A stretch of 64,000 bases of DNA from Oscillospiraceae bacterium (GCA_902775105.1 CACYLC010000003.1:9586-73585); one strand, 5' to 3'; counted from the first letter of the stretch, positions 18,348 through 28,065 are shown. Notes: generated by a model from the letters alone, not told the origin. A program made the numbers and translations.

Positions 18348-19565
18348 TCAGGACAGCGCAGTCTCCAGCCGACTGCGGATGGCCTTGAGGAATTCCAGTG
18401 AGTTCACCTTCTGAGCGGGAGTCTCTCCCTCCCACATGCTGCTGAGGTCACCGGTCATAACGCCGGACTCAATGGTTTCGATTGTGGCTTTCTCCAGTGC
18501 ATCGGCGTAGGCGGCAAGCTCTGTAAGGCCGTCCAGCTCACCGCGCTTGCGGAGAGCGCCGGACCATGCAAACAGGGTGGCCACCGGATTGGTGGAGGTC
18601 TCCTCCCCCTTCAGGTACTTGTAATAGTGGCGGGTGACGGTGCCGTGGGCGGCCTCGTACTCATAGTTGCCGTCGGGAGAGACGAGAACGGAGGTCATCA
18701 TGGCGAGAGAGCCGAAAGCGGTGGACACCATATCGCTCATCACGTCGCCGTCATAGTTTTTACACGCCCAGATAAAGCCTCCCTTGGAACGAATGACCCG
18801 AGCCACAGCGTCATCAATGAGGGTGTAGAAATAAGTAATGCCCAGTTCCTCAAATCTGGCCTTGTAGTCCTGATCGTAGATCTCCTGAAAAATATCCTTG
18901 AAGGTGTGGTCATACTGCTTGGAGATCGTGTCCTTGGTGGAAAACCACAGATCCTGCTTTGTGCTGAGGGCAAACTGGAAACAGGAGTGGGCAAAGGAAC
19001 GGATGGAGGAGTCCTTGTTGAACTGGCCCTGAATGACGCCGGGACACTCAAAGTCGTAAATCGTCTGGTTCATCTGGACAGCGCCGTCCTCAGAGACAAA
19101 GCTCAGTGTGGCCTTGCCCTTGCAGGGGACACGATATTCCGAAGCCTTATACACGTCGCCAAAGGCATGACGGGCAATGGTGATCGGTTCCTGCCATGTC
19201 TTGACTACCGGTGAGATGCCCTTCACCATGATGGGGGCGCGGAAGACGGTGCCGTCCAGAATGGCACGGATGGTGCCGTTGGGGCTTTTCCACATCTGAG
19301 AGAGGTGATATTCCTCCATCCGCTGAGCGTTGGGCGTGATCGTGGCGCACTTGACCGCCACGCCGTATTTTTTGTTGGCATTGGCAGCGTCTATCGTCAC
19401 CTGATCCCCGGTCTCCTCTCGATGCGCCAGACCCAGGTCATAGTATTCCGTCTTGAGATCCACAAAAGGCAGGATCAGCTCGTCCTTGATCTGTCCCCAC
19501 AGGATGCGGGTCATCTCGTCGCCGTCCATCTCCACCAGGGGGGTGGTCATTTTAATTTTTTGCAT
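18348..19565 (-). CDS. icd: NADP-dependent isocitrate dehydrogenase (homodimeric, IDH1-like subfamily)
   Basis: 405 aa. N-terminus KIKMTTPLVEMDGDEMTRILW and overall length match the eukaryote-like type II IDH. Confidence 0.92.
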   Translation of the reverse strand: MQKIKMTTPLVEMDGDEMTRILWGQIKDELILPFVDLKTEYYDLGLAHREETGDQVTIDAANANKKYGVAVKCATITPNAQRMEEYHLSQMWKSPNGTIRAILDGTVFRAPIMVKGISPVVKTWQEPITIARHAFGDVYKASEYRVPCKGKATLSFVSEDGAVQMNQTIYDFECPGVIQGQFNKDSSIRSFAHSCFQFALSTKQDLWFSTKDTISKQYDHTFKDIFQEIYDQDYKARFEELGITYFYTLIDDAVARVIRSKGGFIWACKNYDGDVMSDMVSTAFGSLAMMTSVLVSPDGNYEYEAAHGTVTRHYYKYLKGEETSTNPVATLFAWSGALRKRGELDGLTELAAYADALEKATIETIESGVMTGDLSSMWEGETPAQKVNSLEFLKAIRSRLETALS

Positions 19566-19676
19566 GGTCTTTGCCTCATTTCATGCGGGCATCCCGGCTT
19601 TCGTCCGGCCTTGTCCCGTTTTTCTGCAATTAGTATAATCTAAAATTGCATTTTTTGCAATAGTCAACTGCTACCT

Positions 19677-20408
19677 TTACACCCGAATCTTCGAGAACAC
19701 TCCGCCGATCTTCTCATTGATGGTGAGATCGGCGTATCGATCATAGGCGGTGGACTGAAGGTTGATGAGCACCAGCCTGTCTCCCTTATAATAGTTGATC
19801 AGCCCTGCCGCGGGATAGACCACAAGCGACGTGCCGCCGACAATGAGCAGATCCGCCTTCCTGATATGCTCCACCGCACGGTACATGACGGAGTCGTCCA
19901 GCGCCTCCTCATAGAGCACTACGTCCGGCTTGATGATACCGCCGCAGGCGCAGCGGGGAACGCCTTCACTCTGGGCAACTGCCTCCACACCGTAGAATTT
20001 GCCGCAGTCCTCACAGTAATTGCGCAGCACCGAGCCGTGCAGCTCCAGCACCTCACGGCTTCCCGCCTTCTGATGCAAGCCGTCGATGTTTTGGGTGACC
20101 ACCGCCTTTAATTTCCCCGCCTGCTCCAATTCCGCCAGCTTTCTGTGGGCCTCGTTGGGCCGGGCGTCCAGGGGCAGCATCTTGTCCCGGTAGAAGCGGA
20201 AAAATCTCTCCGTCTTTCGCATAAAGTAGGTGTGGCTCAAAATCGTCTCCGGCGGCTCGCTGTACTTTTGGTTATAAAGGCCGTCCACACTGCGGAAGTC
20301 CGGCACGCCGCTTTCGGTGGAAACTCCTGCCCCGCCGAAAAAGACGATATACCCGCTCTCGTCGATCCACTGCTGTAATTGGCTGATTTTCTGCTCCGTT
20401 GCGTCCAT
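19677..20408 (-). CDS. cobB: NAD-dependent protein deacylase (Sir2/CobB)
   Basis: 243 aa with GAGVSTESGVPDFRS, QNIDGLH and the zinc ribbon CEDCG...CACGG. Confidence 0.9.
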   Translation of the reverse strand: MDATEQKISQLQQWIDESGYIVFFGGAGVSTESGVPDFRSVDGLYNQKYSEPPETILSHTYFMRKTERFFRFYRDKMLPLDARPNEAHRKLAELEQAGKLKAVVTQNIDGLHQKAGSREVLELHGSVLRNYCEDCGKFYGVEAVAQSEGVPRCACGGIIKPDVVLYEEALDDSVMYRAVEHIRKADLLIVGGTSLVVYPAAGLINYYKGDRLVLINLQSTAYDRYADLTINEKIGGVFSKIRV

Positions 20409-20463
20409 GATACCTGCTCCTTTCCCGAATCTTTACATTTTTCTAAATATTGTACTAATTGGA

Positions 20464-20492
20464 TTGACAAAAGTTCGTTCTGTCGCTAAGAT
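20464..20492 (+). promoter_or_regulatory. candidate promoter TTGACA-17-TAAGAT
   Basis: Sequence ttgaca aaagttcgttctgtcgc taagat lies about 60 nt upstream of ATG 20554. Confidence 0.35.
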
Positions 20493-20553
20493 TATTATGA
20501 ATCATTTTTCGACCACATTCAACCATTGATTTCAGGAATGGAGATAAAATGCT

Positions 20554-22620
20554 ATGAAAAAATGTCCTGTCTGTGGTGTCGAGCACTCTGACATCATCAC
20601 CGTCTGTTCCATCTGCGGCAGTCCTCTGACCGGCGCAGCGCCCGCTGAGAGCGCCGCTCCGGCAGATCCTGCCCCCTCCGTCCCCTCTTCTGCGTCGTCC
20701 GATTTTTCCGCTGACGACATTCAGGCCGCCGTTTCCTCTGTGGTGAGCGCCACCGTGGACGAGCACAAGTCTGCTGCCTCCGTCGAGCCAGAGGATTTTG
20801 ACGACGACTCCCCCTTTGTGGTCAACGCCATGCGGGACGCCGAGAGCAAAAAGCCCTCTGCCGCCGCCCGGGAGGTCAAGACGCCCTCCCGCAGCAGCGC
20901 GCCGAAGAAGGCCTATTACAGTAAGAAGGTGACGCCGGACAAGCCCAAGGCAAGCGAGCCTGCCAAGCGTCAGCCCCAGCCCGAGAAAAACAAGGCCGTT
21001 GACCCCGCCGTGGATACCACAGCGGTGGCCGCTGTCTCCGCCCAGAAAGTGTATGAGGCCACCCAGAACGCCATCAATGCCCGCAATGCGCAGGCCGCCG
21101 CCAGCGCCAAGAAGCCGGAGGCGCAGGATGCCGAACAGATCGAGTGGAGCCAGCGCAAGCACAAGCGCAAAGATGGCTCCAACGGCGCCATCATCGCAGC
21201 CTGCGCTCTTGTACTGTTGCTTATCATTGCCATTCTCATCTTCGTGTTCAAGATGGTCTTTGGCGGGGACAGCAACACCAAGCCGGCCGATGACAGCAAC
21301 AACACTGTCTCTGACGACAGCAACCCCGGCGGCGATGACTCTACCGAGGGTGAGCAGGGCGACACCACCATTCTCCCCGAACAGGATGCCGACGGCGAGG
21401 GCGGCAACACGGAAGAACCCGCCGATACGGAAGATCCTGACGCAAACACACCGGATGACGATAACAACACAGAAGATCCTGACGCCAGCGTGATTGACAG
21501 CGACGGAGACGCCGATGCCCCCGCCAACCAGCCTGATGACAGTCAGGCAGCAGACGGCAGCGACACCGAGGAGCCTGTTGAGGACGACAATCAGCCCGTC
21601 GTGGTGCCCACCGAGCTGCCTGCCATCACGGAGGCAAACGATACGGTCTACGCCACTGCCGCCGTCAACGTCCGGGATTATCCCAGCGCTCAAACCAGCA
21701 ATGTCATTAACGTCCTTTCCGCCGGTCAGGCCGTGAAGCGCACCGGAACCACCGCCAACGGCTGGAGCCGTGTGGATCTGGGCAACGGCACCGTGGGCTA
21801 TGTCTCCAACAGCTATCTCTCCGCCTCCAAGGACGGGGCGCAGAACAACAATAACAACAGCAGCGACAACTCCGTCGCCTATGCCGGCACGGACGTCAAT
21901 GTTCGCAGCACCCCCGGCGGCGACGTCATCGCCGCCCTGTCCAAGGGAACCGAGGTCAAGCTGACCGGCACCGTCTCCGGTAACTGGACGCAGATCACCG
22001 CTGGCAATATCACCGGATATGTCTACACCAGCTACCTGAACGGCTCCAAAAACAGCTCCGATCACAATAACACCGACCAGCCCAAGGTCACCGTCAAGGA
22101 GACGGGCGACACGGTCTACGCCACCAGCGGGGTCAACGTCCGGGATTATCCCAGCTCCTCCACCGGTAACGTAGTTGCCACCCTCACCAAGGGGCAAGAG
22201 GTCAAGCGCATCGGCACCACTGCCAGCGGCTGGAGCCAGGTCAAGGTTGGAGACATCACCGGCTACGTCTACTCCGGCTATCTCTCCACCTCCAAGGACG
22301 GCGGCAGCGACAACAGCAATCACAACAACAGCGGCAACAGCAAGAGCAGCGGCTACATCCTTCCCGACAGCGGCAACCGCAACTACACCAAGGACGAGTT
22401 GAGCAAGCTCTCCAAGTCCGATCTGCGTCTGGCTCGGAACGAAATCTATGCCCGCCACGGCAGAAAGTTTAACGACGAGTCTCTGCGCAAGTATTTCGAG
22501 GGCAAGAGCTGGTACTCCGGAACCGTGGATGCCGCCACCTTCGATGCCAACATCTCCAGCTACCTCAACAGCTACGAGCTGGCGAACCTGAAGCTGATTC
22601 AAGAAGTGGAAAACAGCTGA
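20554..22620 (+). CDS. membrane-anchored zinc-ribbon / 3x SH3b / YARHG-domain protein
   Basis: 688 aa. N-terminal CPVCG-x11-CSICG ribbon, Ala/Lys/Pro-rich cytoplasmic segment and one TM (AIIAACALVLLLIIAILIFVF). Then an Asp/Asn/Glu-rich linker and three SH3b units (VNVRDYPS...GWS.V...GYV.S.YLS). C-terminal YARHG motif is NEIYARHGRKFNDESLRKYFEGKSWY. Confidence 0.85.
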   Translation: MKKCPVCGVEHSDIITVCSICGSPLTGAAPAESAAPADPAPSVPSSASSDFSADDIQAAVSSVVSATVDEHKSAASVEPEDFDDDSPFVVNAMRDAESKKPSAAAREVKTPSRSSAPKKAYYSKKVTPDKPKASEPAKRQPQPEKNKAVDPAVDTTAVAAVSAQKVYEATQNAINARNAQAAASAKKPEAQDAEQIEWSQRKHKRKDGSNGAIIAACALVLLLIIAILIFVFKMVFGGDSNTKPADDSNNTVSDDSNPGGDDSTEGEQGDTTILPEQDADGEGGNTEEPADTEDPDANTPDDDNNTEDPDASVIDSDGDADAPANQPDDSQAADGSDTEEPVEDDNQPVVVPTELPAITEANDTVYATAAVNVRDYPSAQTSNVINVLSAGQAVKRTGTTANGWSRVDLGNGTVGYVSNSYLSASKDGAQNNNNNSSDNSVAYAGTDVNVRSTPGGDVIAALSKGTEVKLTGTVSGNWTQITAGNITGYVYTSYLNGSKNSSDHNNTDQPKVTVKETGDTVYATSGVNVRDYPSSSTGNVVATLTKGQEVKRIGTTASGWSQVKVGDITGYVYSGYLSTSKDGGSDNSNHNNSGNSKSSGYILPDSGNRNYTKDELSKLSKSDLRLARNEIYARHGRKFNDESLRKYFEGKSWYSGTVDAATFDANISSYLNSYELANLKLIQEVENS

Positions 22621-22649
22621 TTGCCACAAAATTCCATATGATACATCAA

Positions 22650-22684
22650 CCGCCCGGAAGCATTGCTTCCGGGCGGAGTTTTTT
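22650..22684 (+). terminator. rho-independent terminator
   Basis: 12-bp stem CCGCCCGGAAGC / GCTTCCGGGCGG, 3-nt loop, then AGTTTTTT. Confidence 0.85.
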
Positions 22685-22693
22685 CCTGTAATA

Positions 22694-23074
22694 TTACTGC
22701 TCTTCTTTGACAAACCCAATGGGGATCTGCGGGGCTCGCTGCTGCAGCAGCTCCAGCACCCGCTTTGCCTCTTCCCTGCGCTCTACTTCCAGCTTCTTCT
22801 GCCTGCCGTCAGGAAGGATGAAGATCAGCGAATGTACCGCAAAGGACTGACGGCAGCAACCCATGATGGAGGAGCAGTCCTCCTCTCGGCGGTAGGCACG
22901 CTGAATGCTGTCAAAAGGCAGATATTCCACAGCTCCCAGCAGCTTGGGGAAAAAGACGCAATCCTCTCCTACCGACACCTTACCCATATGCTCCGCCTTT
23001 TCGAACCCCAGCTCCAATCGTTTTCGGGGCACTTCGCCTGCGATTGCCTTCCACTTGCGCTCCATCTCATTCAC
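22694..23074 (-). CDS. hypothetical protein (126 aa)
   Basis: ORF starting 3 nt after the aldo/keto reductase stop. No family recognised. Confidence 0.55.
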   Translation of the reverse strand: MNEMERKWKAIAGEVPRKRLELGFEKAEHMGKVSVGEDCVFFPKLLGAVEYLPFDSIQRAYRREEDCSSIMGCCRQSFAVHSLIFILPDGRQKKLEVERREEAKRVLELLQQRAPQIPIGFVKEEQ

Positions 23075-23077
23075 CTC

Positions 23078-24259
23078 TCACTTAAATTTTCCAAAAATAT
23101 CCGCAAAGGTTCTCGCCACACGGTACACCGGATTTTCCATGGTCTTTACCACGTTTTCCAGTTCCTTCCGAATGGGGATCTGCTGGGGGCAGTGACGCTC
23201 ACATTTGCCGCACCCCACGCAGAGGCTGGCGTTGCTCCGCTTCCCCCGGAGAGTGGTGCACATGAAGTACTCCTTCATGCCAGTATAAAAGCCCTCGGTG
23301 TATCGGGCGTTGTAGCCTCGGAAGCAGCCGGGGATGTCCACCCCGTTGGGGCAAGGCATACAGTAGCTGCAACCGGTGCAGCCCACTTTGATCTTCTCGT
23401 TGATGGCGTTCTTCACGTCCTCATACATCTGGAAGTCGGCCTCGGTCAGCTCCCCCACCCCGGCGTCTGCGGCGATGCGGCAGTTCTCCTCCACCATCTC
23501 CAGACTGTTCATGCCGGAGAGGACGACGGTGACGCCGGGCTGATTCCACAGCCATCGAAGTCCCCACTCGGCAGGGCTTCGCTTCGGCTCGGCAGCGGCA
23601 AAGCGTTTCACCGCCTTGTCCGGAAGCTGGTTCACCAGCCTCCCGCCCCGGAGGGGCTCCATAATAATGACGGGAATTCCCTTTTCCGCCGCCCGCTCCA
23701 GACCCTTTCGGCCAGCTTGGGTGTGCTCGTCGATATAGTTGTACTGGATCTGGCAGAAGTCCCAATCGTAGTCCTCCAGCAGCTCCAAAAAGGTGCCGGT
23801 ATTGCCGTGGTAGGAAAAGCCGATGTTCCGAATGGCGCCGGATGCCTTTTTCTCTGCAATCCACTCCGTAATGCCCAGCCCTTTCAGCCGGTTCCAGGTG
23901 GTGACGTCGGGCAGCATATGCATGAGGTAGTAGTCCACACAGTCGGTCTGAAGCCGCCGGAGCTGCTCAGTGAAGTAGCGCTCCATGTCCTCAGACCTTT
24001 TGATGAGGTACTGAGGCAGCTTGGTGGCAATGTGAACGCTCTGCCGCAAGCCGTGCTTTGCCAGAAGTTCGCCCAGCGCCCGCTCGCTGTCAGGGTAGAT
24101 ATAGGCGGTGTCGAAGTAGTTGACCCCCGCCCGGATGGCAGAGAGGAGCTGCTCTTCTGTGGCAGCCATGTCCGTCCTGCCCCGGCTTTTCTGAAAGCGC
24201 ATACAGCCAAAACCCAGCTGGGAGAGTTCTTCCCCATGCCTGTCCCTGCGGTATTTCAT
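23078..24259 (-). CDS. aldo/keto reductase with C-terminal 2x[4Fe-4S] ferredoxin domain
   Basis: 393 aa with an AKR N-terminus (LGFGCMRF, NYFDTAYIYPDSE). C-terminal CTGCSYCMPCP and CVGCGKCERHCP cluster motifs. Confidence 0.88.
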   Translation of the reverse strand: MKYRRDRHGEELSQLGFGCMRFQKSRGRTDMAATEEQLLSAIRAGVNYFDTAYIYPDSERALGELLAKHGLRQSVHIATKLPQYLIKRSEDMERYFTEQLRRLQTDCVDYYLMHMLPDVTTWNRLKGLGITEWIAEKKASGAIRNIGFSYHGNTGTFLELLEDYDWDFCQIQYNYIDEHTQAGRKGLERAAEKGIPVIIMEPLRGGRLVNQLPDKAVKRFAAAEPKRSPAEWGLRWLWNQPGVTVVLSGMNSLEMVEENCRIAADAGVGELTEADFQMYEDVKNAINEKIKVGCTGCSYCMPCPNGVDIPGCFRGYNARYTEGFYTGMKEYFMCTTLRGKRSNASLCVGCGKCERHCPQQIPIRKELENVVKTMENPVYRVARTFADIFGKFK

Positions 24260-24262
24260 TCC

Positions 24263-24889
24263 TCAGTCCTCCAGCCCCTTGATATGGGAAACCGGCCAGA
24301 AGCAAAAGACCGCCTTCCCGATGACATATCCCTCGTCCACCAGACCCAGCGCATAGGAAAATCTGCTGTCGGTGGAGTGGTTCCGGTTGTCGCCCATGAC
24401 GAAGATACTCCCCTCCGGCACTGTGATGCGGGCGATGTCTCCCTTTGGCAGCATGGGGTCTCCCTCGTCCTCCGGCGGCAGGTCATTCAAATTGATATAG
24501 GGCTCAGTCAGACGCACGCCGTCCACATAGACGGTGTTGTTATCGTAATCCAGCTCCACCGTCTGCCCTCCGGTGGCAATGACCCGCTTGATGATGGTCT
24601 CCTGGATCAGATCAGTCTCCTTGTGGACAACGACGATATCGCCGGTCTCCAGTTCCCCGTAAATCCGCACTGCCATCAGCAGGTCGCCGTCGTGAAGGGT
24701 GGGGTACATGGAGCTTCCCACTACGACGATTAGCTGGGCCGCAAACTGAAAGACTAAAATCACAACAGCCAGCACCGCCACCAGCAGCTTCAGCTCATGG
24801 TAGATCTCCTGCTGCCAGGTGCCGGCCCAGCGGCTCTCCGACTGCTGTTCTGTTTTCTTTTCTTCTTGTTCCATAGTTTGATTCTCCAA
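24263..24889 (-). CDS. lepB: signal peptidase I
   Basis: 208 aa with TM anchor, catalytic Ser box GSSMYPTL and GDNRNHSTDSR. Confidence 0.9.
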   Translation of the reverse strand: MENQTMEQEEKKTEQQSESRWAGTWQQEIYHELKLLVAVLAVVILVFQFAAQLIVVVGSSMYPTLHDGDLLMAVRIYGELETGDIVVVHKETDLIQETIIKRVIATGGQTVELDYDNNTVYVDGVRLTEPYINLNDLPPEDEGDPMLPKGDIARITVPEGSIFVMGDNRNHSTDSRFSYALGLVDEGYVIGKAVFCFWPVSHIKGLED

Positions 24890-24896
24890 TGTAAAG

Positions 24897-25670
24897 TCAG
24901 AGCAGCATCTGCCGCACGCTCAGGCAGCGTTTCTGTTTGGTATCGACGGCAAAGACTGCCGCCTCCAGCTTGCAGGGGCCTTCCGCCGCCTCGTAGCGCC
25001 GGGGCAGGCCGCCCAGAAATTTGTTGATGGATAGCTCGGGGCGGATGCCCAGAATGGACCGGGCCGGGCCGGTCATGCCCAGATCGGTGATGTAGCCCGT
25101 CCCCTTTGGGAGCACCTGTCCATCTGCCGTTGGCACATGGGTGTGGGTCCCCCAGACTGCCGATGCACGACCGTCCAGATACCATCCCATAGCCAGTTTC
25201 TCACTGGTGGCCTCGGCGTGGAAGTCTACCAGAATGACGTCCGCCTCTATCTTGCGAAAGACCTCGTCCGCCACGGTAAAGGGGTTGTCAGGGGTGGGAT
25301 CCATGGACACCCGTCCGATCAGATTGACCACGCCGATCCGCAGCCCCTGAGGTCCGTCATAGACGCCCCAGCCCCGTCCGGGCACCCGCTTGGAAAAATT
25401 AGCGGGGCGAAGGAGATAAGGGCTGGAATCCAGCATATCCGTAATCCGGATCTTGCCCCAGGTGTGGTTGCCCAGCGTGATGACGTCCGCTCCGGCGTCC
25501 AGCATTCTTTGTGCCTGTTCCTCCGTCACGCCAATGCCCGAGGCGTTTTCTCCGTTGACCACCGTAAAGTCAATCTTCTCTTCCCGGCGGATTTGACGAA
25601 GTCTGCGTTCCAGATACTCCAGTCCCGCCTCGGAGACCACGTCGCCGACGGCCAGTATGTTTATGATCAT
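24897..25670 (-). CDS. ymdB: YmdB-family metallophosphoesterase (2',3'-cyclic-nucleotide phosphodiesterase-like)
   Basis: MIINILAVGDVVS, NGENASGIG and HAEATSEK motifs. Start moved from 25736 to ATG 25670. Confidence 0.87.
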   Translation of the reverse strand: MIINILAVGDVVSEAGLEYLERRLRQIRREEKIDFTVVNGENASGIGVTEEQAQRMLDAGADVITLGNHTWGKIRITDMLDSSPYLLRPANFSKRVPGRGWGVYDGPQGLRIGVVNLIGRVSMDPTPDNPFTVADEVFRKIEADVILVDFHAEATSEKLAMGWYLDGRASAVWGTHTHVPTADGQVLPKGTGYITDLGMTGPARSILGIRPELSINKFLGGLPRRYEAAEGPCKLEAAVFAVDTKQKRCLSVRQMLL

Positions 25671-25838
25671 AGCTCTGCCCGCTTTCCAGGATAAACCAGT
25701 TTCATATAGTATACCCTCTTCTGCAGCTTTGTGCAATCTCTTTTCGCAGGCGGCACGAAGGCGTATTTGTTCATTTTTCCAAATTTTCCCTGCATCTCGA
25801 CCGGGTTCGACATTTTCTGATTCCGCCCCAGGCTATAA

Positions 25839-26372
25839 TTACGCAAAGAGCAGTCGTACTGCCCACGCCGCCGCCAGAAAGCCCGCCAGATCGGCACAGA
25901 GCGCCGCCGGAATGGCATATCGGGTCTTGTGAATGCCTACTGCGCCGAAATAGACGCTGACCGTGTAAAAGGTGGTCTCGGTAGAGCCCAGCATCACTGC
26001 CGCCGTCCGTCCGATTTCCGAGTCCGGACCGTAGGTCCGCATCAGCTCCGCTCCCAGCCCCAGGGCTCCGCTGCCGCTCATGGGTCGGATCAGGAGCAGT
26101 CCCACCGTCTCCGGCGGAATCCCCAGAAAGGCCAGCCCAGGGCCCAGCGCCTCCGCCGCCCAGTCCAGAAAACCGGAGGCCCGGAGCATGGAGATGGCCG
26201 TCATCAGACCGATCAGCGGCGGCAGGATGCGCAGGAGGATGTGCAGTCCCTCCTTTGCCCCCTCCCCCAGCGTCTGATAGACGTCCACCCGCTTCCAAAG
26301 CCCCGCACCGGCAGCCAGGAGCAGGATGGCCGGGAGCAGCAATGCAGTCAGCAGCCTCATCTCTCCCTCCAA
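25839..26372 (-). CDS. spmB: spore maturation protein B
   Basis: 177-aa polytopic membrane protein with a nucleoside-recognition (Gate) type sequence. Overlaps spmA by 16 nt, as in spmA-spmB pairs. Confidence 0.82.
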   Translation of the reverse strand: MEGEMRLLTALLLPAILLLAAGAGLWKRVDVYQTLGEGAKEGLHILLRILPPLIGLMTAISMLRASGFLDWAAEALGPGLAFLGIPPETVGLLLIRPMSGSGALGLGAELMRTYGPDSEIGRTAAVMLGSTETTFYTVSVYFGAVGIHKTRYAIPAALCADLAGFLAAAWAVRLLFA

Positions 26373-26944
26373 ATGCCCGCAAAGAACCGGGCGGCCAAAA
26401 TACCCGCTGTCACGGAACAGGCGGAGGCCAGCCAGACGGCAGGCAGAATGTCAAAGGGCGTCCGGCAGCCCGCCCAGCTCCGCACCGCAGCGATGGTCGT
26501 AGGAATGAGCTGGATGGAGGCGGTATTGCAAACCACCAGCATGCAAAGGGCGTCCGACGCCGTGCCGGGCGACCGCTCCGCCATCCCTTTCGCCGCCCGA
26601 ATGCCCAGCGGCGTCGCCGCATTGCCCAGCCCCAGAAGATTAGCGGAGACATTGGCGGAGACCGCCTCCATCACCTCGCCATCTCTCCGAAAATCGGGGT
26701 AGAGCCGCCCCAGTACCGGACGCAGCAGTCTGCTCAGCCGTTCCAAGCCCCCGCAGGCACGCAGCACCGCCATGACGCCACTCCACAGACACAGGGGGCC
26801 TGCCATGGAGATGCACAACGCTACGGCGCTCTGGGCGCCTGCTCCTGCAGCGGAGGAGACCTCCTCCAACGTCCCGTTTTGCCAGCCAAAAAACAGACTC
26901 AATCCCACCATGGCCAGCCAGATCCAACTCATTGCCACACGCAT
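26357..26944 (-). CDS. spmA: spore maturation protein A
   Basis: 195-aa membrane protein with N-terminus MSWIWLAMV..., immediately upstream of spmB. Confidence 0.82.
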   Translation of the reverse strand: MRVAMSWIWLAMVGLSLFFGWQNGTLEEVSSAAGAGAQSAVALCISMAGPLCLWSGVMAVLRACGGLERLSRLLRPVLGRLYPDFRRDGEVMEAVSANVSANLLGLGNAATPLGIRAAKGMAERSPGTASDALCMLVVCNTASIQLIPTTIAAVRSWAGCRTPFDILPAVWLASACSVTAGILAARFFAGIWRER

Positions 26945-27116
26945 CCCTCCCTCCCCTCACTTTATGAACCATGCTATTAAAGAATTCTTTTAATTTCTTA
27001 AAAACCCGTTGACGGAATCCCTCCCAGTGGTAAAATAGGGGCATCCTATTTTCGACACAGCTTTTCTGCCGAATCCTGTCGATTCGGATTGAGATAAATG
27101 AGGGAATCTGAATAAC

Positions 27117-28028
27117 ATGGAACGAGACGAACTGGAGTGGCGGCGGAAACGGCGCAGACGGAGACGGCGAAGGAGCAGCGCTTTACGTGGCTTGACCACC
27201 CTCCTTCTGGCGGTCTGCTGTTTTTTTGCCGGCGTATTTGCCGTCCGATATTATACCCATCCCCCCGCATCTGCCCCCACATCCCGTCTTCCTATCAAGG
27301 CGGTCATCAATATCTCCGCCGTCAGGCTTGCGGCAGAGCTTGAGGCGCAGGAACCGGAACCAGAGCCGGAACCGGTTGTGGAGGTAGACCCCAACAGCAT
27401 CATTTATTTCACCTTTGACGACGGTCCCAGCAGCCAGGTCACGCCGGCAATTTTGGATATACTGGAACAAAACGAGATTCCGGCTACCTTCTTCATCATG
27501 GATTATAGTGAGGAAATGCTGCCCATAATTCAGCGCACCCTCAACAACGGCAACACCATTGGCATCCACGGCAAGAGTCACGACTATGAAAAATGCTACG
27601 CCGAGGAGAACGCCTATCTGGACGGCGTGGAGGAGGTTCGGCAGAAGCTGTATGAGGATACCGGCTACCGCGCCTTCTGCATCCGCTTCCCCGGCGGCAG
27701 CTCCAACACCATCAGCCGGCGCTATAATGAGGGCATTATGACCCGACTGGTGGCACGGGTCAACGACTCTGATCTGGAGTATTTTGACTGGAACGTGGAC
27801 TCCGAGGACGCAACGGGCAACGGTATCCCTGCCGAGACGCTGGCAGCAAATGTCACAGGCAGCCTGGTCAAAGGCCGGGGCAATGTGATTTTAATGCATG
27901 ACGCCAGCAGCAAGTCCACTACGGCGGAAGCGCTTGAGACCATCATTGACTACGGCAGAGCCAACGGTTACTGCTTCAAGGCCATCACTCAGGACACCCC
28001 TCCTGTCCACCACGGAATAAACAACTGA
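27117..28028 (+). CDS. polysaccharide deacetylase (NodB domain), membrane-anchored
   Basis: Arg-rich N-terminus plus TM, then NodB motifs IYFTFDDGPS, IGIHGKSHDY and ILMHD. Confidence 0.88.
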   Translation: MERDELEWRRKRRRRRRRRSSALRGLTTLLLAVCCFFAGVFAVRYYTHPPASAPTSRLPIKAVINISAVRLAAELEAQEPEPEPEPVVEVDPNSIIYFTFDDGPSSQVTPAILDILEQNEIPATFFIMDYSEEMLPIIQRTLNNGNTIGIHGKSHDYEKCYAEENAYLDGVEEVRQKLYEDTGYRAFCIRFPGGSSNTISRRYNEGIMTRLVARVNDSDLEYFDWNVDSEDATGNGIPAETLAANVTGSLVKGRGNVILMHDASSKSTTAEALETIIDYGRANGYCFKAITQDTPPVHHGINN

Positions 28029-28065
28029 CATCCATCATCCAAATTACATAGAAAGGAGCACCGCC

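Noticed and set aside
19677-20408. SIR2-domain antiphage defence gene
   Set aside because: It is a 243-aa stand-alone CobB-type sirtuin with the canonical zinc ribbon. It has no fused sensor or effector domain and no HerA, TIR or Argonaute-type partner. It looks like a housekeeping deacylase.
20455-22719. 754-aa minus-strand ORF
   Set aside because: It is antisense to the zinc-ribbon/SH3b/YARHG gene. The translation is monotonous Gly/Ala/Val/Asp low complexity that mirrors the sense-strand repeats. It has no RBS or start context.
22832-24733. 633-aa plus-strand ORF
   Set aside because: It is antisense across three well-supported minus-strand genes (the 126-aa ORF, the AKR-FeS gene and lepB), with no motifs.
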